A stretch of DNA of 64,000 bases from Escherichia coli (GTDB lineage: Bacteria; Pseudomonadota; Gammaproteobacteria; Enterobacterales; Enterobacteriaceae): the NCBI RefSeq assembly GCF_030013205.1, contig NZ_CP122648.1; one strand, 5' to 3'. The translations under genes were made by a program, and so were the position numbers. The notes beneath the pieces were generated by a model. That model saw only the letters and a list, made by a program, of their open reading frames with translations. It did not search any database and was not told the DNA's origin. Shown here piece by piece: positions 34,643 through 46,573 of this stretch. Every line of letters begins with the position of its first letter. The first letter of the stretch is position 1.

Positions 34643-35221
34643 TTGGCCGCTTTTGCGGGCTTCCGGTGTAAGGCTGTCCAGCCAGGCGCATGCTTCGCTT
34701 TCGTTCTTGACGGCCGCAGGCTTCAGATAGAAACTTATCTGAGTAAGTCTGAATGTGTTCAGTTGCTGGATGCACTGGCTGAAAATCCCGATGAACGGCT
34801 GGCTGTCGAAATCCTTCTGTCGACCGGGGCGCGATGGGGCGAGGTAGCGGTACTGGAGCAGCGCCGTGTTCTTCATTGTCGAATCACTTTTTCAAAAACG
34901 AAGAACAGCAAAAACCGTACCGTTCCTATTTCTGAAAGCCTGTTTGAAAAGATCAAAAAACGGGGCGGGAAACTGGTGTTTCCGACGCTGGATTATCCAT
35001 TGGTTCGCGATGTCATCAAAACGGTCGCATCTGATGTTCCTGACGGCCAGGCTGTTCATGCGCTGCGCCACACCTTCGCCAGTCATTTCATGATGAACGG
35101 CGGCAATATTCTGACGCTCCAGAAAATTCTGGGGCACGCAAAGATTCAGACAACGATGATTTATGCCCATCTTGCGCCGGATTACTTGCAGGATGCGGTG
35201 AGATTTAATCCAATAGCTTGA
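34643..35221 (+). pseudogene. int: Tyrosine recombinase (phage integrase) C-terminal catalytic-domain fragment
   Basis: ...LSTGARWGEVA...NRTVPIS...HALRHTFASHFMMNGGNILTLQKILGHAKIQTTMIYAHLAPDYL (R, HxxR, catalytic Y); ~190 codons versus ~330 for full length; N-terminal domain not found in frame. Confidence 0.7.
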
Positions 35222-35231
35222 AGGTAGGAAA

Positions 35232-35615
35232 ATGAAAGATATTGAACATTCAGGGGAAATGGAAAAGAAAAAACGGGAGTTTATTAAAAAACTGGAATCG
35301 ATAACGCCAAGAGAATTCTTCCGTTTTTTAAATGAAAAAAACGTCACTGTGGTTTGCCTTGGGTGCGGACTGAAAGATACCCAGATAACTGCCACTACAG
35401 GTAAGTTAAATCTCCAACAACTCCTGGATGGTGAAAAAGGGGAAGAGTTTATGACGTACTTCAGGCTTGAACCAGGTCACCCAGGTGATAGTGATGCGAA
35501 TTATTACTACAAATCTTTTTGTGAGAACTGCGGTTATATAACTATGCATGCAGTGACTCCGGTATTGAACTGGTTGGGATCGCAAAAAAACCAGGAAGGG
35601 TCAGGTGATGAATGA
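35232..35615 (+). CDS. Hypothetical protein with two CxxC pairs (putative zinc ribbon)
   Basis: 127 aa; ...VVCLGCGLKD... and ...FCENCGYITMH...; start preceded by aggtaggaaaATG. Confidence 0.45.
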   Translation: MKDIEHSGEMEKKKREFIKKLESITPREFFRFLNEKNVTVVCLGCGLKDTQITATTGKLNLQQLLDGEKGEEFMTYFRLEPGHPGDSDANYYYKSFCENCGYITMHAVTPVLNWLGSQKNQEGSGDE

Positions 35616-35907
35616 GTATACTTATATCACGGGTTTTTCCATTCCGTATCCAGGAGGAATTCAGGTGAGCAATCGCAGAAGTCAGGCAAGTCGTGATGAG
35701 TTCGCTCTTGATAGCCGTGTTGCACGAATGGAGTCTGATATCTCATACATCAAGAGAGATATTGAAGAGCTGAAGAGCGATCTCAAGGATGTGAGAGGCG
35801 ATATTGATAAGATACGCACAACAGATTTCAGGCTCATGTTTGGTGCGTTGATTACTACAGCCTTGGGGTTAGCTGGCTTAATGGCGAGAGGTTTTCACTG
35901 GATTTAA
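35605..35907 (+). CDS. Hypothetical coiled-coil protein with C-terminal transmembrane helix
   Basis: 100 aa; ...ESDISYIKRDIEELKSDLKDVRGDIDKIRTTDFRLMFGALITTALGLAGLMARGF; overlaps previous ORF by 11 nt. Confidence 0.45.
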   Translation: MMNEYTYITGFSIPYPGGIQVSNRRSQASRDEFALDSRVARMESDISYIKRDIEELKSDLKDVRGDIDKIRTTDFRLMFGALITTALGLAGLMARGFHWI

Positions 35908-36015
35908 GATCCACAAAGTGACCACATCTCTGTTATTTGTTGTGGTTGGCTGTGTTTTTGTGTGTCTGTAAGTCTTTGATAATTATCTAACTTATTGATT
36001 TTTGTTTGTGTTTAT

Positions 36016-36040
36016 GGCCGCTCTGCGGCCTTTTTTCTTT
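36016..36040 (+). repeat. Right copy (attR core) of the island-flanking direct repeat; doubles as the terminator-like hairpin upstream of btuC
   Basis: ggccgctctgcggccttttttcttt, identical to ~19030-19054. Confidence 0.75.
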
Positions 36041-36098
36041 TCACTGTCGAAGAGTCACCGTAAAATCAACGCCATGACACTTCAGCAGAACGGATACC

Positions 36099-37079
36099 AT
36101 GCTGACACTTGCCCGCCAACAACAGCGACAAAATATTCGCTGGTTATTATGCCTGTCAGTTTTGATGCTGCTGGCGCTTCTCTTAAGCCTTTGCGCCGGT
36201 GAACAATGGATCTCGCCAGGTGACTGGTTTTCTCCTCGAGGCGAACTGTTCGTCTGGCAGATTCGCCTGCCACGTACGCTGGCTGTATTGCTGGTTGGTG
36301 CGGCGTTGGCTATATCCGGCGCTGTAATGCAGGCGTTATTTGAAAATCCTCTGGCAGAACCTGGACTACTTGGCGTCTCTAATGGCGCAGGCGTGGGGCT
36401 TATCGCCGCGGTATTGCTTGGGCAAGGGCAACTCCCCAACTGGGCGCTGGGGCTGTGTGCGATTGCTGGCGCGCTTATCATCACTTTAATACTCTTACGT
36501 TTCGCCCGTCGTCATCTTTCGACCAGTCGGTTATTGCTGGCTGGCGTTGCATTAGGGATTATCTGTAGCGCACTAATGACGTGGGCTATCTACTTTTCCA
36601 CCTCTGTTGATTTACGTCAGCTGATGTACTGGATGATGGGCGGTTTTGGCGGCGTAGACTGGCGGCAAAGCTGGCTGATGCTGGCATTGATCCCCGTGTT
36701 GTTGTGGATCTGTTGTCAGTCCAGACCGATGAATATGTTAGCACTTGGCGAGATCTCGGCGCGGCAACTGGGTTTACCCCTGTGGTTCTGGCGCAATGTG
36801 CTGGTGGCAGCGACCGGCTGGATGGTTGGCGTCAGTGTGGCGTTGGCGGGTGCTATCGGCTTTATTGGTCTGGTGATCCCACATATTCTCCGGTTATGTG
36901 GTTTGACCGATCATCGCGTATTACTTCCCGGCTGCGCGCTGGCAGGGGCGAGCGCATTGCTGCTGGCCGATGTTGTAGCGCGCCTGGCATTAGCTGCTGC
37001 AGAGCTGCCTATTGGCGTGGTCACCGCAACGTTGGGTGCGCCGGTGTTTATCTGGTTATTGTTAAAAGCAGGACGTTAG
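36099..37079 (+). CDS. btuC: Vitamin B12 ABC transporter permease
   Basis: 326 aa, [44 protein letters not shown]... Confidence 0.95.
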   Translation: MLTLARQQQRQNIRWLLCLSVLMLLALLLSLCAGEQWISPGDWFSPRGELFVWQIRLPRTLAVLLVGAALAISGAVMQALFENPLAEPGLLGVSNGAGVGLIAAVLLGQGQLPNWALGLCAIAGALIITLILLRFARRHLSTSRLLLAGVALGIICSALMTWAIYFSTSVDLRQLMYWMMGGFGGVDWRQSWLMLALIPVLLWICCQSRPMNMLALGEISARQLGLPLWFWRNVLVAATGWMVGVSVALAGAIGFIGLVIPHILRLCGLTDHRVLLPGCALAGASALLLADVVARLALAAAELPIGVVTATLGAPVFIWLLLKAGR

Positions 37080-37141
37080 CCGCAAAAAGACGGTCTATGA
37101 TTAAAAGCTAAGATTTTTACTGACCACACCCAGGAGAAACG

Positions 37142-37693
37142 ATGCAAGATTCCATTCTGACGACCGTAGTGAAAGATATCGACGGTGAAGTGACCACGCT
37201 GGAGAAGTACGCCGGTAATGTGCTGTTGATTGTCAATGTCGCCTCAAAGTGTGGCTTAACGCCGCAATATGAGCAGTTGGAGAATATTCAGAAAGCCTGG
37301 GCCGATCGTGGTTTTGTGGTGCTGGGATTCCCGTGCAACCAGTTTCTGGAGCAAGAACCGGGCAGCGATGAAGAGATTAAAACTTACTGCACCACTACAT
37401 GGGGGGTGACGTTCCCGATGTTCAGTAAGATTGAAGTTAATGGTGAAGGACGCCATCCGCTGTATCAAAAATTGATTGCCGCAGCGCCGACCGCAGTCGC
37501 GCCGGAAGAGAGCGGATTCTATGCCCGTATGGTCAGCAAAGGTCGTGCACCGCTGTACCCTGATGATATCTTATGGAATTTTGAGAAATTTTTAGTTGGC
37601 AGGGACGGATTGGTCATCCAGCGTTTTTCCCCGGATATGACGCCGGAAGATCCCATTGTGATGGAAAGCATTAAACTGGCGTTGGCAAAATAA
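37142..37693 (+). CDS. btuE: Glutathione peroxidase-family protein BtuE
   Basis: 183 aa, ...[20 protein letters not shown]...GFPCNQF... Confidence 0.95.
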   Translation: MQDSILTTVVKDIDGEVTTLEKYAGNVLLIVNVASKCGLTPQYEQLENIQKAWADRGFVVLGFPCNQFLEQEPGSDEEIKTYCTTTWGVTFPMFSKIEVNGEGRHPLYQKLIAAAPTAVAPEESGFYARMVSKGRAPLYPDDILWNFEKFLVGRDGLVIQRFSPDMTPEDPIVMESIKLALAK

Positions 37694-38442
37694 TGTCTAT
37701 TGTGATGCAGTTACAGGATGTTGCGGAGTCTACCCGCCTGGGGCCGCTTTCTGGCGAGGTTCGGGCTGGGGAGATCCTGCACCTGGTGGGGCCGAATGGC
37801 GCGGGTAAGAGTACCTTACTGGCGCGAATGGCCGGAATGACCAGCGGTAAGGGAAGCATTCAGTTCGCGGGGCAACCACTGGAAGCATGGTCCGCAACAA
37901 AACTCGCGCTGCATCGCGCCTATCTTTCACAACAACAGACGCCACCGTTTGCAATGCCGGTCTGGCACTACCTGACACTGCATCAGCACGATAAAACGCG
38001 TACCGAACTACTGAATGATGTCGCAGGGGCGCTGGCTCTTGATGACAAACTCGGACGTAGCACCAAGCAACTTTCCGGCGGCGAATGGCAACGCGTACGT
38101 CTTGCTGCGGTGGTGCTGCAAATCACACCACAAGCCAATCCCGCAGGCCAATTGCTGCTTCTTGATGAGCCGATGAACAGTCTTGATGTTGCGCAACAAA
38201 GTGCATTAGACAAAATTCTGAGCGCGCTGTGTCAGCAAGGACTGGCGATTGTGATGAGCAGTCACGATCTCAACCATACATTGCGTCATGCGCATCGGGC
38301 GTGGTTGCTAAAAGGTGGAAAAATGCTGGCCAGTGGACGCAGGGAAGAGGTGCTCACGCCGCCAAATCTGGCGCAGGCCTATGGGATGAATTTTCGCCGT
38401 CTGGATATCGAAGGTCACAGAATGCTGATTTCGACCATCTGA
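37693..38442 (+). CDS. btuD: Vitamin B12 ABC transporter ATP-binding protein
   Basis: 249 aa; Walker [10 protein letters not shown]; signature LSGGEWQR. Confidence 0.95.
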   Translation: MSIVMQLQDVAESTRLGPLSGEVRAGEILHLVGPNGAGKSTLLARMAGMTSGKGSIQFAGQPLEAWSATKLALHRAYLSQQQTPPFAMPVWHYLTLHQHDKTRTELLNDVAGALALDDKLGRSTKQLSGGEWQRVRLAAVVLQITPQANPAGQLLLLDEPMNSLDVAQQSALDKILSALCQQGLAIVMSSHDLNHTLRHAHRAWLLKGGKMLASGRREEVLTPPNLAQAYGMNFRRLDIEGHRMLISTI

Positions 38443-38519
38443 TTTCATTAGTATCTTGAAAATCGGGTAATTACGACGCTAAATTAATGCAAGAATAAAA
38501 AACAGAGGAACCGTACGGA

Positions 38520-38984
38520 ATGCGTTTCTGCCTTATTTTGATCACAGCACTGTTTCTGGCCGGGTGTAGCCACCATAAAGCACCGCCGCCAAATGCCAGA
38601 CTTTCTGATTCGATTACCGTTATTGCCGGTTTGAACGACCAGCTACAGAGCTGGCATGGCACGCCGTATCGTTATGGTGGCATGACGCGGCGCGGTGTGG
38701 ACTGTTCGGGGTTTGTGGTTGTGACGATGCGCGATCGTTTCGATTTGCAGCTGCCCCGAGAAACTAAAGAACAAGCCTCTATCGGCACGCAAATTGATAA
38801 AGACGAGTTGCTGCCAGGTGACCTGGTCTTTTTCAAAACGGGCTCCGGACAAAATGGTTTGCATGTAGGTATTTACGATACCAACAACCAATTTATCCAC
38901 GCCTCTACCAGCAAGGGAGTGATGCGTTCCTCACTTGATAATGTCTATTGGCAGAAAAATTTCTGGCAGGCGAGACGAATCTAG
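38520..38984 (+). CDS. nlpC: NlpC/P60-family lipoprotein
   Basis: 154 aa; lipobox LAGCS; ...DCSGFVV... catalytic Cys context. Confidence 0.9.
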   Translation: MRFCLILITALFLAGCSHHKAPPPNARLSDSITVIAGLNDQLQSWHGTPYRYGGMTRRGVDCSGFVVVTMRDRFDLQLPRETKEQASIGTQIDKDELLPGDLVFFKTGSGQNGLHVGIYDTNNQFIHASTSKGVMRSSLDNVYWQKNFWQARRI

Positions 38985-39230
38985 TATGTCGAAAAATTGA
39001 CGGCGATGATACATCGCCGTCAATTTACTCCAGAATACGGTAGTATTTTGCAGACAAAAATTCCGTAAATGGATTATTCGTTTATAATCAGGATAATCTA
39101 AAAAAAGGACCCCTGAAAAAGTGGTTAACATGGAACAAATGAAAGTTACTCCTTCTGTAATTGTTATGTCTTATGGCCTCATCCCTTTTAGCCGGATACT
39201 GAAAAACATCCTTCGAGAGGGACGGTTACC

Positions 39231-39944
39231 ATGAAGATTTTTTTGGAGAATCTTTATCATTCTGATTGCTATTTCCTGCCGATAAGAGATAACCAGCAAG
39301 ACCTTGTCGGCGTTGAGTTAATTACCCATTTCTCCAGTGAAGATGGTACGGTTCGTATCCCGACGAGTCGGGTTATAGCGCAACTTACCGAGGAGCAACA
39401 TTGGCAATTATTTTCAGAGCAGTTGGAATTACTAAAATCATGCCAACACTTTTTTATTCAACATAAACTCTTTGCCTGGCTTAATTTAACGCCACAAGTG
39501 GCTACTTTATTATTAGACAGGGATAATTACGCAGGCGAACTATTAAAATATCCGTTTATTGAACTGTTGATTAATGAGAATTACCCGCATCTCGATGAAG
39601 GAAAAGATAATCGCGATCTTTTTTCCTTATCGCAAATGTATCCCCTTGTGTTAGGTAATTTGGGCGCAGGCAATAGCACAATGAAAGCGGTTTTTGATGG
39701 TCTTTTCACCCGCGTCATGCTGGATAAAAGTTTTATTCAGCAACAAATCACGCATCGCTCCTTCGAACCGTTTATTCGTGCGATCCAGGCGCAAATTTCC
39801 CCATGTTGCAATTGCATCATCGCGGGGGGCATTGATACGCCAGAAATAATGGCACAGATTACCCCCTTTGATTTCCATGCTCTCCAGGGATGCCTGTGGC
39901 CTGCCGTTCCCATAAATCAGATAACGACGTTGGTTCAGCGATAA
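39231..39944 (+). CDS. ydiV: EAL-like anti-FlhD4C2 factor YdiV
   Basis: 237 aa; synteny between nlpC and selO. Confidence 0.85.
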   Translation: MKIFLENLYHSDCYFLPIRDNQQDLVGVELITHFSSEDGTVRIPTSRVIAQLTEEQHWQLFSEQLELLKSCQHFFIQHKLFAWLNLTPQVATLLLDRDNYAGELLKYPFIELLINENYPHLDEGKDNRDLFSLSQMYPLVLGNLGAGNSTMKAVFDGLFTRVMLDKSFIQQQITHRSFEPFIRAIQAQISPCCNCIIAGGIDTPEIMAQITPFDFHALQGCLWPAVPINQITTLVQR

Positions 39945-39967
39945 CCCTCCTGTTTGCTGGTGTTTAA

Positions 39968-41443
<1,476 letters not shown>

Positions 41444-41446
41444 AGG

Positions 41447-41638
41447 CTACTTGGTCAACAGCAGCTTGCCAGCCTGAGTTTTACGGAGCAGATATTCTTG
41501 CCCGTCATGATCGATAATCAGTTTGCCATCCGGACCTAACAGTGTCTGGCTGGTAATTCGCCGAATGGGCTGTGGGGAAGCGGTCTTGTGATTGGCATCC
41601 GTTTCAGGCGTGAGTTTTCTGCTATCCGTATAACGCAT
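41447..41638 (-). CDS. ydiE: HemP-family small protein YdiE (63 aa)
   Basis: [63 protein letters not shown]. Confidence 0.8.
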   Translation of the reverse strand: MRYTDSRKLTPETDANHKTASPQPIRRITSQTLLGPDGKLIIDHDGQEYLLRKTQAGKLLLTK

Positions 41639-41769
41639 AAAGATTAATAATAATTGATATAACAATGATTCTTATTATCAATATTATGGCGGGCCAGAGC
41701 AAGCAGTAATTTGTTGAGAAGACAACAAGTTGCGCAGAAATGCCCATTCCGTCAGGAATGGGCACGCAT

Positions 41770-42816
41770 TCAGAAACGGGTATCAACTGCAGAGGCGAGT
41801 TTTTCGACCAGGCGTTCGGTATCTTCCCAGCCCAGACACGGGTCGGTAATCGATTGACCGTAAGTGAGCGGCTGACCGCCGGCGATTTTTTGCGTTCCTT
41901 CGCGCAGGAAACTTTCCGCCATAATTCCAGCAATCGCCGTAGAGCCATTGCGGATTTGCTGACAAATATCCTCACAAACTTCTAACTGGCGACGGTGCTG
42001 CTTCTGGCAGTTACCGTGGCTGAAATCCACCACCAGATGTTCAGGTAAATCAAACTCGTGCAGCGTATCGCAGGCTGCGGCGATATCATCGGCATGATAA
42101 TTCGGTTTTTTGCCGCCACGCATAATAATGTGGCCATACGGGTTGCCGCTGGTCTGATAGATGGTCATCTGACCATTTTTGTCTGGCGAGAGGAACATAT
42201 GGCTGGCGCGGGCTGCGCGGATAGCATCCACGGCAATCCGCGTGTTGCCATCGGTACCATTTTTAAAACCTACCGGACAGGAGAGTGCCGAAGCCATTTC
42301 ACGGTGGATCTGACTTTCGGTAGTACGTGCGCCAATCGCACCCCAACTGATTAAATCAGCAATAAACTGACCGGTCACCATATCGAGGAACTCAGTCGCG
42401 GTAGGGACGCCCAGCTCATTTACCTGTAAAAGTAATTTGCGCGCCAGCTCCAGACCGTGATTTACCCGATAGCTGCCGTTTAAATCTGGATCGGAGATTA
42501 GCCCTTTCCAGCCGACAACAGTTCGTGGTTTTTCAAAATAGGTGCGCATTACGATTTCCAGCCGTGACTGGTACTGGTTGCGCAGCGACTGCAGACGGGT
42601 GGCGTACTCCATTGCAGCGGTGAGATCGTGGATCGAGCAGGGGCCAATAATGACCAACAGTCGCTTATCTTCACCATTCAGTATTTTTTCAATTCTGCGG
42701 CGGGAGTCGGTGACATGGGTGGCGACGCCAGGCGTTACGGGATACCGTAGCGCGAGTTCGGCGGGCGTTACCAGGCTCTCAATACGCGCAGTACGGAGTT
42801 CGTCAGTTCTGTTCAT
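41770..42816 (-). CDS. aroH: DAHP synthase, Trp-sensitive
   Basis: 348 aa, MNRTDELRTARIESLVTPAELALRYPVTPGVATHVTDSRRRIEKILNGEDKRLLVIIGPCSIHD... Confidence 0.95.
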   Translation of the reverse strand: MNRTDELRTARIESLVTPAELALRYPVTPGVATHVTDSRRRIEKILNGEDKRLLVIIGPCSIHDLTAAMEYATRLQSLRNQYQSRLEIVMRTYFEKPRTVVGWKGLISDPDLNGSYRVNHGLELARKLLLQVNELGVPTATEFLDMVTGQFIADLISWGAIGARTTESQIHREMASALSCPVGFKNGTDGNTRIAVDAIRAARASHMFLSPDKNGQMTIYQTSGNPYGHIIMRGGKKPNYHADDIAAACDTLHEFDLPEHLVVDFSHGNCQKQHRRQLEVCEDICQQIRNGSTAIAGIMAESFLREGTQKIAGGQPLTYGQSITDPCLGWEDTERLVEKLASAVDTRF

Positions 42817-42961
42817 TACAAGTCTCAGAAATTTGTTGCTTCTACGGCAGGACTACCGGGAAGTGATGCGCATCACGATAAACCAATCGCAGCTGATTTC
42901 AAGTGCGAGGTGTGTCACACCTCGCCGGGTGGTTAGCATGATAACAAAAAAACAAGCTAAT

Positions 42962-42979
42962 GCACTAGTTCTCTAGTAC
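42962..42979. promoter_or_regulatory. TrpR operator of the aroH promoter
   Basis: gcactagttctctagtac: near-perfect palindrome matching the trp-repressor box (CTAG half-sites); coordinates approximate. Confidence 0.6.
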
Positions 42980-43806
42980 ATTCGACGGCTAAGGCCCATG
43001 ATATCGAGGATCTTGGTGGCAATCTCTTCTACCGAATAATTGGTACTGTTAATCCACGGGATCTGATTTTTACGGTACAAGGCTTCTACTTCCGCGACTT
43101 CCATCCTGCACTGACGAAGCGAGGCATAGCGACTGTTCTCCCGACGTTCTTCGCGAATCGCCGCCAGACGTTCCGGGTCGATAGTCAGGCCGAACAATTT
43201 ATGCTGAAGCGGTTTGAGCGACGCGGGTAGCACAAGATTATCCATATCGTCGGCAATAAAGGGGTAGTTTGCCGCGCGGATACCAAATTGCATTGCCAGA
43301 TACAGACTGGTGGGGGTTTTACCACAGCGAGAAACGCCGAGCAGGATCACCTGAGCCTGGTCCAGATTGCGTAACGAAATGCCATCATCGTGGGCGAGGG
43401 TGTAATCAATCGCAGCAATGCGCGCATCATATTTATTGAGATTATTAGGGTTAAGGCCATGGGTACGATGAGCAATCGGCGTTGGATCCAGTTTCATCTC
43501 TTGTTGTAGCGGGGCAACCAGCGCCTGAACGATATCCTGGCAAAAGCCTTCACTTTGCAAGATGATGGCGCGAATCTCCGGCAACACGATGGAGTAGAAG
43601 ACCAGCGGGCGCACACCTGTCTGGTGATAAATTGCGTCAATCTGATCCTTCACTGCCCGTGCACGGCTCTCATTTTCGACAAACGGCAGCGTAATGCTGC
43701 TGATAGTGACGGGAAATTGTGACATTACTGCGTGTCCTAATACCTCCGCAGTTATTGCCGTACCATCAGAAATATAAAAAACGTGGCGATCAACAGCATT
43801 ATCCAT
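42973..43806 (-). CDS. ppsR: PEP synthetase regulatory protein (kinase/pyrophosphorylase)
   Basis: 277 aa, [33 protein letters not shown]...; divergent from ppsA. Confidence 0.9.
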
Positions 43807-44138
43807 TTTGTTCTTCCCGTGATGCAGACATAATTCTATGAAAGCATAAATTAAAAACGCACAGAAGCGTAGAACGTTATGTCTGGTTTATAAAATGAAC
43901 CTTCAATTTTATTTTTTATGAAAACAGTATTTCATTTTTACGGTTTCGTTTATACCGATGGTTTATGTGGAAATTGTCGAAGAGAGCAGATTTGCGCAAC
44001 GCTGGGATCAGTCTTAAAAAGTAAAAAAATATATTTGCTTGAACGATTCACCGTTTTTTTCATCCGGTTAAATATGCAAAGATAAATGCGCAGAAATGTG
44101 TTTCTCAAACCGTTCATTTATCACAAAAGGATTGTTCG

Positions 44139-46517
44139 ATGTCCAACAATGGCTCGTCACCGCTGGTGCTTTGGTATAACCAACTCGGCATGAATGATGT
44201 AGACAGGGTTGGGGGCAAAAATGCCTCCCTGGGTGAAATGATTACTAACCTTTCCGGAATGGGTGTTTCCGTTCCGAATGGTTTCGCCACAACCGCCGAC
44301 GCGTTTAACCAGTTTCTGGACCAAAGCGGCGTAAACCAGCGCATTTATGAACTGCTGGATAAAACGGATATTGACGATGTTACCCAGCTTGCGAAAGCGG
44401 GCGCGCAAATCCGCCAGTGGATTATCGACACTCCCTTCCAGCCTGAGCTGGAAAACGCCATCCGCGAAGCCTATGCACAGCTTTCCGCCGATGACGAAAA
44501 CGCCTCGTTTGCGGTGCGTTCCTCCGCTACTGCAGAAGATATGCCGGACGCTTCTTTTGCCGGTCAGCAGGAAACTTTCCTCAACGTTCAGGGTTTTGAC
44601 GCCGTTCTCGTGGCAGTGAAACATGTATTTGCTTCTCTGTTTAACGATCGCGCCATCTCTTATCGTATGCACCAGGGTTACGATCACCGTGGCGTGGCGC
44701 TCTCCGCCGGTGTTCAGCGGATGGTGCGCTCCGACCTCGCATCTTCTGGCGTGATGTTCTCCATTGATACCGAATCCGGCTTTGACCAGGTGGTGTTTAT
44801 CACTTCCGCATGGGGCCTTGGTGAAATGGTCGTGCAGGGCGCGGTTAACCCGGATGAGTTTTACGTGCATAAACCGACACTGGCGGCGAATCGCCCGGCT
44901 ATCGTGCGCCGCACCATGGGGTCGAAAAAAATCCGCATGGTTTACGCGCCGACCCAGGAGCACGGCAAGCAGGTTAAAATCGAAGACGTACCGCAGGAAC
45001 AGCGTGACATCTTCTCGCTGACCAACGAAGAAGTGCAGGAACTGGCAAAACAGGCCGTACAAATTGAGAAACACTACGGTCGCCCAATGGATATTGAGTG
45101 GGCGAAAGATGGCCACACCGGCAAACTGTTCATTGTGCAGGCGCGTCCGGAAACCGTGCGCTCACGCGGTCAGGTCATGGAGCGTTATACGCTGCATTCA
45201 CAGGGTAAGATTATCGCCGAAGGCCGTGCTATCGGTCATCGCATCGGCGCGGGTCCGGTGAAAGTCATCCATGACATCAGCGAAATGAACCGCATCGAAC
45301 CTGGCGACGTGCTGGTTACTGACATGACCGACCCGGACTGGGAACCGATCATGAAGAAAGCATCTGCCATCGTCACCAACCGTGGGGGGCGTACCTGTCA
45401 CGCGGCGATCATCGCTCGTGAACTCGGCATTCCGGCGGTAGTGGGCTGTGGTGATGCAACAGAACGGATGAAAGACGGTGAGAACGTCACTGTTTCTTGT
45501 GCCGAAGGTGATACCGGTTATGTCTATGCGGAGTTGCTGGAATTTAGCGTGAAAAGCTCCAGCGTAGAAACGATGCCGGATCTGCCGTTGAAAGTAATGA
45601 TGAACGTCGGTAACCCGGACCGTGCTTTCGACTTCGCCTGCCTGCCGAACGAAGGCGTGGGCCTTGCACGTCTGGAATTTATCATCAACCGTATGATTGG
45701 CGTCCACCCACGCGCACTGCTTGAGTTTGACGATCAGGAACCGCAGTTGCAAAACGAAATCCGCGAGATGATGAAAGGTTTTGATTCTCCGCGTGAATTT
45801 TACGTTGGTCGTCTGACTGAAGGGATCGCGACGCTGGGTGCCGCGTTTTATCCGAAGCGCGTCATTGTCCGTCTCTCTGATTTTAAATCGAACGAATATG
45901 CCAACCTGGTCGGTGGTGAGCGTTACGAGCCAGATGAAGAGAACCCGATGCTCGGCTTCCGTGGCGCGGGCCGCTATGTTTCCGACAGCTTCCGCGACTG
46001 CTTCGCGCTGGAGTGTGAAGCAGTGAAACGTGTGCGCAACGATATGGGGCTGACCAACGTTGAGATCATGATCCCGTTCGTGCGTACCGTAGATCAGGCG
46101 AAAGCGGTGGTTGACGAATTGGCGCGTCAGGGGCTGAAACGTGGTGAGAACGGGCTGAAAATCATCATGATGTGTGAAATTCCGTCCAACGCCTTGCTGG
46201 CAGAGCAGTTCCTCGAATATTTCGACGGCTTCTCAATTGGCTCAAACGACATGACACAGCTGGCGCTCGGTCTGGACCGTGACTCTGGCGTGGTGTCTGA
46301 ACTGTTCGATGAGCGCAACGATGCGGTGAAAGCACTGCTGTCGATGGCGATTCGTGCCGCGAAGAAACAGGGCAAATATGTCGGGATTTGCGGTCAGGGT
46401 CCATCCGACCACGAAGACTTTGCTGCATGGTTGATGGAAGAGGGGATCGATAGCCTGTCTCTGAACCCGGACACCGTGGTGCAAACCTGGTTAAGCCTAG
46501 CTGAACTGAAGAAATAA
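44139..46517 (+). CDS. ppsA: Phosphoenolpyruvate synthase
   Basis: 792 aa, [35 protein letters not shown]... Confidence 0.97.
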   Translation: MSNNGSSPLVLWYNQLGMNDVDRVGGKNASLGEMITNLSGMGVSVPNGFATTADAFNQFLDQSGVNQRIYELLDKTDIDDVTQLAKAGAQIRQWIIDTPFQPELENAIREAYAQLSADDENASFAVRSSATAEDMPDASFAGQQETFLNVQGFDAVLVAVKHVFASLFNDRAISYRMHQGYDHRGVALSAGVQRMVRSDLASSGVMFSIDTESGFDQVVFITSAWGLGEMVVQGAVNPDEFYVHKPTLAANRPAIVRRTMGSKKIRMVYAPTQEHGKQVKIEDVPQEQRDIFSLTNEEVQELAKQAVQIEKHYGRPMDIEWAKDGHTGKLFIVQARPETVRSRGQVMERYTLHSQGKIIAEGRAIGHRIGAGPVKVIHDISEMNRIEPGDVLVTDMTDPDWEPIMKKASAIVTNRGGRTCHAAIIARELGIPAVVGCGDATERMKDGENVTVSCAEGDTGYVYAELLEFSVKSSSVETMPDLPLKVMMNVGNPDRAFDFACLPNEGVGLARLEFIINRMIGVHPRALLEFDDQEPQLQNEIREMMKGFDSPREFYVGRLTEGIATLGAAFYPKRVIVRLSDFKSNEYANLVGGERYEPDEENPMLGFRGAGRYVSDSFRDCFALECEAVKRVRNDMGLTNVEIMIPFVRTVDQAKAVVDELARQGLKRGENGLKIIMMCEIPSNALLAEQFLEYFDGFSIGSNDMTQLALGLDRDSGVVSELFDERNDAVKALLSMAIRAAKKQGKYVGICGQGPSDHEDFAAWLMEEGIDSLSLNPDTVVQTWLSLAELKK

Positions 46518-46573
46518 AATAAATACCCGGCGGCGTTTTGTCGCCGGGTTTATGTGATCCCCGAAGATGAAAC

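Larger units (their letters stand above)
19055..36015. mobile_element. ~17 kb integrated island: degraded, rearranged P2-like prophage remnant carrying cargo genes
   Basis: Bounded by 25-bp direct repeat; contains Ogr-like, gpD, gpT, gpU, tail fibre, Tfa, integrase fragment, IS66-family element, IS2 fragment; lower GC cargo; backbone synteny resumes at btuC. Confidence 0.8.

Noticed and set aside
34448-34876. 142-aa minus-strand ORF overlapping the 5' part of the integrase fragment
   Set aside because: It overlaps, antisense, a region that translates on the plus strand into recognisable integrase catalytic motifs; no family features seen. Most likely a chance ORF, though a real small phage gene cannot be excluded.
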